64,000 bases of DNA from Sarea resinae (Eukaryota), in contig JAPEUD010000062.1 in assembly GCA_026026165.1 (NCBI GenBank), positions 1 to 64,000 of the forward strand, given 5' to 3'. How positions within the stretch are numbered: the stretch's first letter is position 1; each line of letters opens with the position of its first letter. The translations under genes were made by a program, and so were the position numbers. The notes under the pieces are model-generated. The model was given only the letters and a program-made list of their open reading frames with translations, made no database searches and was not told where the DNA came from. Positions 1 through 11,705 of the stretch are shown here, in pieces.

Positions 1-94
1 CTCATTTACTGCCCCTCCAACACCCCCACTTAGACGCTTCCCCCAACAAAACCAAAACAAAACAATCAACGCCTCGCCACCGTTTGACTGACAT

Positions 95-120
<26 letters not shown>
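95..120. repeat. Poly-C homopolymer (C26)
   Basis: Read directly; the exact length may be affected by sequencing or assembly error. Confidence 0.9.
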
Positions 121-125
<5 letters not shown>

Positions 126-422
126 TCCCCTTCGTATGCATACACGCACACATGCCCCTCGCTCGCAACGCGCGCCAGAAACACGCCCAGCCCGAAAAAC
201 AAAAACAAAAAAAGAATTATCAAACGGCAAAAATCGGAAAACACAAAAGAAACACCCACCACGTACATATCGCCCCAAGGAAGCCGGACGGATGACGAGA
301 AAAAAGAAAAAGAAAAAAAAGGTAAAGGAGAAGACCAGTCGGCCAACAGAAACAAAGAAAGGAAATGAATACGAAAGCAAACAAGAACATTATTATCCTA
401 ATCTCCTCCAGGGCTCCTCCTC

Positions 423-463
<41 letters not shown>
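423..463. repeat. (CTA)13 trinucleotide microsatellite
   Basis: Perfect CTA/TAC run read directly. Confidence 0.95.
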
Positions 464-464
<1 letters not shown>

Positions 465-932
465 TGATACGATACGAGACGGCGAGAATGCGAATGGATT
501 GGCGCATACTTCCGACCAAACCAAGCGAATCCGAAGTGACAAAACTGAGACTCATCAAGGCGTCCCGTAGGAGACAATCCAGCTCGATGAGTGAGTAAGA
601 AACCAGACCAGGCCGTGGAGATGCGGGGAAGAAAAACAAGCGTAGAAGATGATGCCCCTGAAACGTTCAGGTCAGAATAAGAGGAAAAGAAGGATATGAG
701 AGAGATGCGGTTGGTGTGGTGTGGCGTAGCGTAGCGGCGTCCACTTGACTAACGCGGACCGCGATGAGATAAACAAGGACTTCCCCTGTCAGACCGTCAA
801 GGGATCCTAGACGGACTGTGACGGCCGGCCGAAGACTGCGGTGGGCACTGGATGGTGAGACCGGGATACGCTGCAGAGGAGAAAGCATCTCTCAGTCGGG
901 CGACAAGGGCAGACGACAACGGGAAAAGCTCG

Positions 933-2727
933 TCAGTCTATCTCCCAAGAATTTCCCGTGTCGTCTCCCATCTGGCTGCCACCTCGACTGGCGATACTCC
1001 TCCGGCTGACAGTCGATCCCGCCCGTGACGTCCTCTTGCTCGCCGGCACATCAAGCGCAATCCCGTAATCATCAACCTCCTCATCATCCCAAACGGCATT
1101 CTCATCACTGAGCTCATCGCTGTCACTATAATCCCACGAGCACGGGATCTTCTCGCCCTTCTCGCCAAATCCAAAAGCCACGCCGCGCATGGCGCCGTTG
1201 GCGATCTTGGACGCGATGTTGAGCATCAGTGCTACGAGATGCACGGGCGGTCCGAGGAGGATGGAGCAGGTCTTCTGGATGACGGCCGTGGTGAGATGGC
1301 GACCCGAAGCTCCCTTGCCCGGCGAATACGTCGGCGGTTGGAAGATGTTGGCCGGAAGTGGCAGGGGGGAGAGCGCGCGACGGCCGGCGGCAAAGGGACG
1401 GCGACGGAGAGAGGTGGAGATTTGTGGAGGAGTGACAATGTCAGACCACTCTTCATCGGGGCGGTCTTCGGCGTCGCTGATCAACGTCGGGGTTCTTGGA
1501 GGTGGACTCGCGCTGCGGCTGTCTTCTGAAGGTGGGGTTGTAGTAGACCAGAGGCGTGGCGGGTCGTCAGGCCTGATTGTCATTTCAGAGATGTCCCGTT
1601 GATGCGAGTGCAATGCGGAAGGAGTAGAGAGGTCGTCCAACGGGTTCTGATCCTGCGAGAGGGGGGTGGTGGGGAGAGGGGAGATGGTCTTTTCGGATCG
1701 TCCCAGGCTTCCAGCTTCCGAAAGGGAATCGGATAAATCTCCTGGCAACGATCGTAGCGTATCCGTGGGGAGGAAGGGCATCGTTACCGACCGTGCAGTT
1801 GCGGCTGTCTTCGGCCTCGAGGGGAATTCGAATGCGTCCGTGATAAACGGCGAGTGCGATCGCCCATTCCGGGGTGTGAGATTCGTGTCATCGGTCGCTT
1901 CGCTTTCATTCTCATGGTCCGAACCGTCATGACTACTGCTATCATCTCCAGATGCTGCCGTGAGGTACTCATCGGCGCTTTCGGACTCGGACTGCCTCTC
2001 CGGGATTGGGGCTTTCGGTCGCTCCGGTGGCTTCCAGGGTCTCTTCCGCACGGGGGTCTTTGGTGCTTCCGGTAATTCGACGATGAACTCTCTTTTGAAG
2101 GGGCATTCGGTCTTTTCGTACTGCAGCACGTGTGGAAGCACCGACTTGAGCTCGTCTGCCTTCTTTCTATCGTCGTCGCAAGTGTTCGGGAGCTCGATGC
2201 GGTAATAGGAATTTTGCCTGATGCGGAGCACGAATTTGGTTTTCCCATCCACACACCAACATTGTGATTTGATCAAAATGGGATGCAGCGTGGAGCCGGA
2301 GTTGAGGAACGCCACAGAGCCCGGGACTCTATAGATGCGTAGCGGACCTGCACAACATCAATTGTCAAATGCGTTCAGGCAGATAACGTCGTCAAGATCG
2401 TCTCGTGCAAAACTTACCAGCCGCGATTGTCCGCTCCGTACTGGAGGACCAAGGCAACGTTCCCGCCGCCTCGGTGTCCACATCGACCTTTGCGGCGCCG
2501 GCAGCCGAAGTTCGTCGACTAATGTTCGAGGCGGTAAAAGACACAATCTTCGCGGCACTGACGGAGAAGAGGGTCTCGATGCCTTCCGCATCAGCCTCGC
2601 GGGCCAGGGGCTTCTTGTTCTCCCTCAACTTTGCGGGCAGGGTAAACGAGCGGCGCATGGTCGGGGGAGGACTCGAGACGGAGGAGGTCTCGGGGGTTGA
2701 AGGCGCAGTCGTAGTAGTGCTGGCCAT
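933..2727 (-). CDS. INP1: Inheritance of peroxisomes protein 1 (Inp1), 2 exons (2727-2418, 2347-933)
   Basis: ATG at 2727 (MASTTTTAP...). GTAAGT..CAG intron 2417-2348 joins GTLPWSSSTERTIAA to GPLRIYRVPGSVAFLNSGSTLHPILIKSQCWCVDGKTKFVLRIR, which I recognise as the Inp1 core. C-terminal LLGPPVHLVALML and DDYG motifs; TGA at 933-935. Confidence 0.85.
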
Positions 2728-2909
2728 GGTCTCTTTGATGCTTGGTTCCAAGCAGGCAAGTATCTGCCGACCTGAGATCAACCTTCACGGCATCGGGGGA
2801 GATGTGCTCGAGATGATAATAGACAAGCGATGGTGGTACCCGGTAGTAGAAGAGTGCCTCGGTGCAGGTGGTGGGAGATGAATGGATGATGGGGGAGCGA
2901 GGGAGATCG

Positions 2910-2940
2910 GGTGGTGGTGGTGGTGGTGGTGGTGGTGGTG
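2910..2940. repeat. (GGT)10 microsatellite upstream of INP1
   Basis: Read directly. Confidence 0.9.
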
Positions 2941-3630
2941 ACGGCCGTACCCTGCGTTGCCGATCGCAAAGGCGAACAAAGAACCGTCTGATGTCTCTGT
3001 CCAGCTATGATCGACGCGCGATACGCCCACGATCAAGTCGCTCCCTCACGTCGACGCGTCTCCTCGGCACACCGACTGCAGGACGGCGTACTATGTATGC
3101 GTAGCAATCCACGGTGAACAACCTGACGGGAGAAAGGCAGGGAGGGAGGGTTCAATGTTCAATGGTGGCTAGGGAGACGCACGGCATGTCAACAAATAAG
3201 AAGATTACGATACAATATGCCTTGGACCATCACTATCAAGCCGTGGGACCGTATGTCATCCCGTCCTCTAGTTCGGCCATACGAGTCAGGATGGAAAGCG
3301 TGGAAAGGCCCTCGGTGCCACGATCAAGTACGAAAGTACGCATGCTCTGCGTGGTATACCTCGGTACCTCGCCAGCAAGTACTGATGCCCGCAATCTCGC
3401 CCGGATCGCTACCTGCATGGGCGGTATCGCGTGTACGCGCCTCGGAGTGAGGTATCGATGTAATCAAATTATGGTCGCCCGTTCAGCCTTCAGAGCCCAA
3501 GCAGCGTACAGCGTCCATCTTCGCATGCTCGCACCAGAGAGATCGAGGCATCGTGAATCACACCGTGCTTCCTCTTTTCTGTCGCCACCGAATCATGCTG
3601 GTCGTACCGGGAATGAGCCAGCAGCCCTCG

Positions 3631-4952
3631 ATGGGCCAGTTTGACCTGAATGCCTTCATCCGGGGCGCTCAGCTTACCGTCGTTGGAGGTTCGTGATCGT
3701 ACGCCTCCGCTCAACGAGATGAGTGTCGCGGCTGACGATGCGTGAAGCTCTGCGAGCCCTCCAGAACCGCGGGCTCTTCAAGTATGAACACTACCGGCAG
3801 GCCGCACTGGCCGTGTGCGCTGGCTTGGTGATCCGACTGCTCGTCATGATCCCGGTACTCGCTCTTGCCAGCTGAGCTTCTTCCTCTCGACAGTGCTAAT
3901 GGCCCGGTCTAGATCATCGGCGTCCGAGTTCTTCTTTGGATCCTTTCCATGTTCATAGATTTCCAGTCGACAACTTGGGACGATGATGTCATCCAAGGCC
4001 TTCACTTCATCGAGAATTCCGTGCTGCAGGTTCCATTCTTCCTCATGAGCATGATGAGATACATAACGCCGACGCTGGATCAAATGTCAGTTGATTGTAT
4101 CGTATGAACCTGCCAGCCTCGAGACTGATCGGACTCCAGGTTTATGGATTCCTTGAATTGGGTGGATCAGACATATTATCAGAAGCACAAGTCCGACGAC
4201 CCAAAGAATCTGAGAGCAACCTATTACCAAAATCTCCGCATGTACTCTACGCACGGCGAGACCAGCGCGAATAGAAGTCCGCTAGATGGAGCGAGGAGGT
4301 TTCTGATACGGTATAGCAAGAGAGCTGGGATTTCTCTAGCTATCTTCGCTCTCTCATACCTACCGGTAGTCGGTAGATTCATCCTTCCAGCAGCAAGTTA
4401 CTATACCTTCAACAAAGCTGTGGGGACTGTTCCTGCCACCGTCATCTTTGGCACCGGCCTGTTTCTACCAAGAGCATACCTGGTCAGATTCCTGCAGAGC
4501 TACTTCTCCTCGAGGAGTCTGATGCGAGAGCTTGTGAGTTGATGCCGCGTCCCGGAGCAGGGTTGTGAAATTGATTGTCTTCGCAGCTTGAACCATACTT
4601 TGCACGGATCCGCTTCACCAAGGAACAGAAGCGCCGCTGGTTCCGTGACCGCGAGGGCCTGCTCTTTGGGTTCGGCGTCGGCTTTTACATCTTCCTCAAG
4701 ATTCCGCTGCTCGGCGTTCTCATTTACGGTATCGCTGAGGCTTCCACTGCTTACCTGATTACCAAAATCACCGACCCACCACCCCCACCAGCATATTCGG
4801 AGAAATTTGCAGAGAGCCAGGTGCGATGGGAGAACCAACACGAATTCTTGAAGTTGCCATTGGCGAACCTGGATGCGTGGAACGTCGAGACCGCAGCTCC
4901 CAACCAAAGTACGGCCAGAAGCAATGAGCTTCCAGGAAAGAAATTTACGTAG
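3631..4952 (+). CDS. usgS: Transmembrane protein UsgS, 5 exons (3631-3688, 3748-3854, 3913-4085, 4140-4533, 4587-4952)
   Basis: Spliced product reads MGQFDLNAFIRGAQLTVVGALRALQNRGLFKYEHYRQAALAV...LMRELLEPYF...GIAEASTAYLITKITDPPPPP. This matches my recollection of Aspergillus UsgS, and the gene lies directly upstream of formamidase as in A. nidulans. Confidence 0.85.
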
Positions 4953-5253
4953 TGTGATCTCTGATTTTGATGCATTAGCGACGGACCAGGCAAAAACGGG
5001 ACTGAACACGGAAGCTTCTTTCGAGTCATAACATGTCATCTACGGTGTAGGAGGGCCTCAATATCTTCCAATACTACATTGTTCACGATTGATGGACCTA
5101 CGAAAAGCCACGGCAGATGGGGGCGCAAAGGGGCGTTTTTTTCGGTATTGAAAAAGCCCATAGTTGGCTAGAAACAGTAATGATCTCTACACCATTCAAG
5201 CTCGTCTCTCCCACATGACATTTGATATCCGACGAAATGCAGGGGGTCCGAGT

Positions 5254-5582
5254 CTATCGCAATTTCATCGTAATCGAAACAAAAAGGATGATGCTGAAAC
5301 ATGCCGTATCATTGTGAATCTGAACATGATTGCCCGACTCTGAGATCGAACGTCACTATCAAGCTTGAGAATGGATGAACCTTCAAAGAAGCAAGCTCGG
5401 TGCAGATCACTGGCCCATTTACCCCGCGATTGGTGGCAGCACACGAACCGAACGAGTCCATCATGAACGCTATCGGGCGCCGATAAGAGCTCCTTACCTA
5501 AAAGGCTTTACGTCGTCTACGGAGTGCCATAGCTGCTAACTACCCGACTGATGTAGCGCCCCGTATTCGTACTTGCTTATCG
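5254..5582. promoter_or_regulatory. Cluster of five HGATAR (AreA/NIT2-type) sites upstream of formamidase
   Basis: CTATCG 5254-5259, CTATCA 5356-5361, CTATCG 5470-5475, CGATAA 5481-5486, TTATCG 5577-5582. fmdS is a known AreA target in A. nidulans. Confidence 0.55.
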
Positions 5583-5974
5583 GTACCAGCAATTGTTTGC
5601 AGGCGGACGCCTTTGCAATCCACTCCACACACAGCATCTGATCGTCCTTGCGTACACCATTGGCGTCCATTGTCTGAGGGGAGGAGTCGCGGGGACATGC
5701 AGTGACTTGACTTACTCCGTATATCTCCAGGCCTTCCCAGCTCACGGCCCACGGCACAGCAGTCCATGGACCTGCCGAGCCTGCTTAGGGCGTTTGCGCC
5801 CGCTGCGGGGCTGCTCCAATTGCACGCCCTCTATATTTACTGATGACAGACATGATCGTAGCCATCGCAATTTCCTGTCCTCAGTTGATTGAATCTCTAC
5901 TCCAATAGATCAACCGACTTTTCAGCTTCTTTCAGCCTTCATCTGGTTCCAGTGAGACCGTCTTGTAGTCTCAA

Positions 5975-7541
5975 ATGGGTCTCAAGGAAATTCGTACGGC
6001 GACAAAGGTCGACCTCCACAAGCCAGCTGACCAGCAACCTTACCTGCATGTGAGACTCCCGGCGCCTTCGACTCTTATTGTATGCTGATGAATGCAGAAT
6101 CGATGGCACCCAGATGGTACGGCTTTCGAATTGCCCGAAGCTCCAATTGCTCACCGAAAGTAAATTGCAGTTCCTTTCTCCGGCACCATTAAGACGGGCG
6201 AAGCCGTCAAGATCGAATGCCTGGACTGGACGGGAGGGCAGATCAAGAACAATGACAGTGCCGACGACGTCAAGAATGTCGACCTGACAAAGATCCACTA
6301 TCTGTCCGGGCCCTTCGAGATCGAGACGGCCGAGCCAGGAGATATGCTCGTAGTCGAGATCCAGGATGTCCAGCCGTTCCCCGAACAGCCTTGGGGCTTC
6401 ACAGGCGTCTTCGATCGTAGGAACGGTGGCGGATTTCTGGACGAGCTCTACCCCAATGCGTGCGTCTGACCATGTACCGTTTCCTAAGCCCACCTCGACT
6501 GATGCTAACCAATGTCTCCATCAGCGCAAAGGCAATCTGGGATTTCGAGGGCATCTTCTGCTCCTCCCGACATGTCCCTCATGTGCGGTTCCCCGGCCTG
6601 ATCCACCCCGGCATCATGGGCTGTGCTCCATCAGCAGAAGTTCTTGCGGAATGGAACCGTCGCGAAGGCGAGCTTATCAGCGCCAACACACTCGATAGAG
6701 ATGTCGCCCAGCCTCCTCAGCCGCTCAATGTCCATGCTGGAAGCGCGTCGGCGGAGCTAAAGGAAAAGATTGGCCGGGAAGGCGCACGCACTATCCCGGG
6801 AAGACCTGAGCACGGAGGGAATTGCGATATCAAGAATCTTTCCCGGGGCAGTAAAGTCTTCCTTCCAGTGCACGTCAAGGGTGCTAAATTCAGCGTCGGC
6901 GATCTGCATTTCTCACGTATGGCTCCCCGACCCAGGCGACGATTTTGAGCAGGCGGGAAGACTAATGTGACTTGACAGAGGGTGACGGCGAAATATCTTT
7001 CTGCGGCGCCATTGAGATGCCCGGCGTCATTACCCTCAAGTTCAGCGTCATGAAGGACGGCATGAAAGAGCTGAATTCGAAATCTCCAATCTACCTCCCT
7101 GGGCCCGTGGAACCCCACTATGGACCAGGTCGGTATCTGACGTTTGAGGGGTTCAGCGTCGACGAACACGGCAAGCAGCACTACATGGATACCACCATCG
7201 CGTATCGGCAGACGACGCTTCGAGTCATTGAATATCTGAAGCGATTTGGTGAGCTCCCCAAAGTCTCTGAATCAGCGGGGTTGCTGGCTGACCAGCGGTG
7301 TCTAGGATACGACGACTACCAAGTCTATCTGCTCCTGTCCTGTGCGCCTGTTCAGGGACATGTGGCCGGCATTGTCGATGTGCGTCTCCTTTGTGTACTC
7401 GTTGGATTGATGGGTTTCACTGACGTGCTCTAGATTCCCAACGCTTGCACCACCATCGGCTTGCCCATGGATATCTTCGACTTTGACATATCACCGACTG
7501 CGCCTTCGAAGAAGCTCGACATGGGCTCTTGCGCCAAGTAA
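5975..7541 (+). CDS. fmdS: Formamidase (FmdA/AmdA family), multi-exon
   Basis: ATG 5975 MGLKEIRTATKVDLHKPADQQPYLH; 19-nt exon 6098-6116 (NRWHPD); IECLDWTGGQI; PGRPEHGGNCDIKNLSRGS; GDLHFSQGDGEISFCGAIEM; GIVDIPNACTTIGLPMDIFDFDI; TAA 7539-7541. Confidence 0.95.
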
Positions 7542-8871
7542 TGTCGTGGACGTCTTGATCGTGAATGCGCGCGTTCCCTTTTCTGCAACAGTTGGACCGA
7601 GTTGGACTGTTGGGCGTTGCCACGATGGATGCGTTGCAACTGTGGATACGTCGTGTCGTACCAATCGGAGATGATGCGCACTCTGCATCTACGTCTCCGC
7701 TCTACAGGGTCTAGTCATCTCGAGTGGAGATTGATCGATCGGTGCTCAACTCCGTACGTAGTAGAATTTGTACGGAGTAAGTACCGTACATGCAATCAAT
7801 GATAATAATTGTTCACTATCCATTCTTCGCAGCCTCGTAAGCTACTATGTAGAGTGAAATACTGCGTAGAGCATGGTACTATGGTCGGCTGCGATACAGA
7901 CGATCCGACCCCTGGTTCGATATCGAGTAATGCCGCCCTGATCCCAGCGATGCCATGTTCCGCGCCGTGGATCACCTTCCCAAAGCATGGCTAGCGGGAC
8001 GGCGTCGTGGGCACTAGGGCTCCCCCCGACGAAGCACGCGATGAAAGGGGTCTCGCTCCCTGGCTCGTCGCGGTAGGGTTAGGGGGGGGGAGAGGGGGGG
8101 GTTGCTGGCTGTCCACTGACATTGCGTCTTGGCCGGAATGAGAATGTCGCGTGGAGACAGGCAGCTCGATAAGAGCAGGATCCGGGGTCCGAGGCTCGAG
8201 GTGGATCCAAGGTTCCACTCGGCGGAGAGCCACGGAGAGCAGAGCAGAGCAGAGGAGAGGAGAGGAGAGGAAGACAGGAGAGGAGAGGAGAGGAAAACCC
8301 ATCTTCGTCCTTCGTGTCTCCTGCCTCGCATTTCGTACTTTGATCAGCCTCGACTTCGACGGGCACGGTCTTCGTACTCGGTACGGGAAAAGGACAGCAC
8401 TTCGATTCTCGATTCTCCTCGACTGCGTATCCGTACATCTCTCCATCCATCTATCAGATCACCGAACGCTGATTTCCCAACTTCTCCCACACCACACCAC
8501 ACCACGCTACACTAATCCACTACTCGGAATACTACACCACACTACTACATTTCCCTCCACCACCCTCCTCCTCCACCGACCGTCACTCACTCACTCGACC
8601 CTCGACGCATTCTTGATCTCGTCGAATACCCTCATCTTCCTGCTGTATCACGACGGCCAGACTTGCATCTCGAAATCCTTGCCGGTCGAGGAAGAGTGAG
8701 AAGCGAAAGCATCGCAGTCTCGGAGTGATCGTCCTCGCAACATCGACCTGACGCACGATTTGAAATCTGCACTCGGCCCTTTTTCAATCTCGACATTGAT
8801 TCCTCGCATTGATCCTCGAATCGTTTTGCCTTGACTTCTCTTAGAATTCTTTTCGTTTCAGCGCAGTCATC

Positions 8872-9584
8872 ATGGGTCTATTTGAACGTATTCAATCAAG
8901 TATGTCCGCTCTCGCTCTCCCACGCTATCGTCTACTCGATTCTCCTTTTGATTTCATCATCATGATGACCAAAACCCACTCGCCGCCCAATTGCCACTAT
9001 TCTACCCCCCCCTTTGGCGCTCACAAGAATCCGCACCGCTAACCGCCTACGCAGAACTCGAGCTCTACCGCCTCGAACAGCGCTACACCCGCCGCCGCAA
9101 CCGCACAACCTACGGCGCCGACGCCGTCTACGTGAACGGCGAATACGTCTTCCACAACAGCCCGACCAGCAACCTCCGCTCCTCCTCCCCCTCGTCCTCG
9201 TCGACGCCATCTCCCTCGTCCGTGACCCTTCCCACGCAACACGCGCACACCCAATCCGCACCCGTGTCGCACCGGCCATCGATGCGCCAGAGACCAAACC
9301 CACGCTACACCTTTGACGACTCCAAGGCCAGCACTGCGCATCGCTCCAACTATAGCATCAACTACACCCCCACCGACTACGAGTCCGCCGACACGGGCTC
9401 CAGTCCGCGCCGAGACGGAAAGCCATACTACAGCACGAACACGACGGTAACGGGGGGTGGTGCATTGCCGCAGCGAAGAGCCAGCAAGAGGGCCAGCGTC
9501 ATGGATGGGAGCTGGATCAGGAAGAGCGCAGGGATGGGCGTCAAGGTGCGCGAACTGGTCGTGCCAGACAGGGCGAGGTACTAG
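8872..9584 (+). CDS. Small uncharacterised protein (~185 aa), 2 exons (8872-8899, 9055-9584)
   Basis: ATG 8872. GTATGT..GCTAAC..GCAG intron 8900-9054 restores frame: MGLFERIQSKLELYRLEQRYTRRRNRTTYGADAVYVNGEYVF followed by a Ser/Pro-rich tail. The N-terminus resembles a conserved hypothetical fungal family. Confidence 0.75.
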
Positions 9585-10716
9585 GTCGGAAGATGACCCG
9601 GGCTTGATCGTCGGTGGGACGGTGGATGGAGGTGGGTGGCGTTCAAACACGGCGGAGGTGCTCTTTTATGCTCGTCGGCTTCGAGGCCGTGGGTCCGCTG
9701 TTTGGTTGGGGCACGGTCGGGGTGTTGCGGTGCAGTGTCTATGGAAGCTGGGAGGGAGGAGCAGAAAAGGCCGAGGAGACGGCGGGCCACTCGAGGAGAC
9801 AAGCAGACCCTTCAAGACGACTTGAATCGCCCCAGAAGTCCTTCTCGCTCTCTCCCGCTCTCTACCTTTCACATATCTTACGCGAGACGTACCCCTTATG
9901 ACATGCATGAATCCAGTCTATTCGATTCCGATCAGTTCTTTCGTCCTGGTCTCCTTACTCTCATTCGACCGTTTGACCGTTCGTTCGTTCGACCTCTTTT
10001 GTCCATCTTGCTTGTCCAGCATTTCCACTACAGGCTCAATGGCTTTCCACACATTCTTTCTCACATGCATTCTTCTTCCTACGACATTCTTTTCTAGAAC
10101 ACATTCGTTCACCCACCCTTTCTTTTTCCCTCTTTTTTCTCTTCTCTCCTCTTCTCTTTTCTCTTCTTTATCGTCATCCCCCTTTTTTTCACCTTGGCCT
10201 CACCCACTCACCCACTCACTCACTCACCTACTCACCCACTTACCTACCTACCTACCTGCCTACCTACCTACCTACCCACTCACTCTTCTGTCCTATGAGT
10301 CTGGGTCTAAGTCTATCCAGACAGCAAGGACATCCATCCGCCGTGGTCTGGTACTGAGTGTGCAACTTTTTTTTTAACACCGCTATAGTGTAGATAACTA
10401 GTATAGATAGAGATCTATATACCTCGTACTGTGCGGGCTCAACCCTTATCTCCTTATGACTTGGGATCTTCTCATCTAATCAAATGGTATCTACTCTTGC
10501 TACACTTGTCTGCCTTGCTCTAGAGGGAGATAGGATAGGGTAGGGTAGAGTAGAGTATCTCTCTCTCTCTCTCTCTCTCTTCTTCGTTCATTCTCTTATA
10601 AGGTTCTGACTAACTATCACTATAGTTAGAGCCATAGTAGTTGTCATAGCTATAGGTATAGTTATAGTCATAGTCATCAAGTCTACCTACCTACCTAGGT
10701 AGTAATAGTGGCAATA

Positions 10717-10811
10717 ACAGTGACAGTGACACTGGCAATAACAGTGATAGTGATAGTGATAGTGATAGTGATAGTAACAGTGACAGTGACAGTGATAGTG
10801 ACAGTGATAGT
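10717..10811. repeat. Compound hexamer microsatellite (CAGTGA/TAGTGA)n within an SSR-rich convergent intergenic region
   Basis: Read directly; flanked by (CT)n, (ACCT)n, (TG/TA)n and (TAGC)n runs between about 10130 and 11400. Confidence 0.9.
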
Positions 10812-11705
10812 ATGTATACATATGTGTATGTGTGTGTATGTATATAGATCGATAGATAGAAGGGGTTCAATCTTCTTGAGATGAGATTCGGCTCTTCTCT
10901 GCTCTTTCTCGGCTCTACCTCTGATCGACTCTACTCGACTCTGGTCGACTCGACTCTGCTCTACACTACTTACACCACTCTAAACACACTACATCACTCA
11001 CACCCCCCCTCCTGACCTAGAACTAAACAATCACAATACTAATTCAAATAGCATTTCTCATCGCTCTCTAGCTATCTAGCTACTTAGCTAGCTAGCTACC
11101 GTGTCAATGTTACCTACCCGAACACAAACAAACAATCGAAAACGAAGAAGGGAAACGAGAAAGAAGGAAGGAGAAAACAGACGGGTAGACGCCTACACAC
11201 CATACTCAAGCCCAAGCGCAAAACCCAAGCCCTTGGGTGGCGGCGGCCCTGAAGGCGTGCCGACATGGGTCCAATCAAAATGTGCCTGGATGTGCTAAGA
11301 GAGACCCCGGCTGGAAATTCCCCCCCGCTGGAGAGAGATGAAGAAGAGAGAAGAAAAAGAGACTAATAGAAGAAGAAAGAGAAGAAAGGATTCCCAAAAC
11401 AGTCCGGCCCGCCAATAGGTGAGTAGGTAAGTAAGCGTGCTGTAGCAGGTGGAACAGACCAGGACAGGACAGAACTGGATAGGGACAAGGACGGATAGGC
11501 CGTTCTCGCTGGGTCGGACTGCGCTGCATTGCACTGCATTGCATTGCGCTGCTGACATGAGGTGTATTCGCAAACAATTGCATTTGCATTGCCCTCGCGT
11601 ATGGTGATGCATGGTGCATGGTGATGGTACGGCGTGGTACGGCACAAATAGAAGATGGGAGAAGAAAAAGCCCACGAAAGACCACCCACCACAACAACAA
11701 AAATA

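Noticed and set aside
2..639. Overlapping ORFs with poly-Y/T/V/P/G/K runs
   Set aside because: They are translations of microsatellites and homopolymers with no protein-like content.
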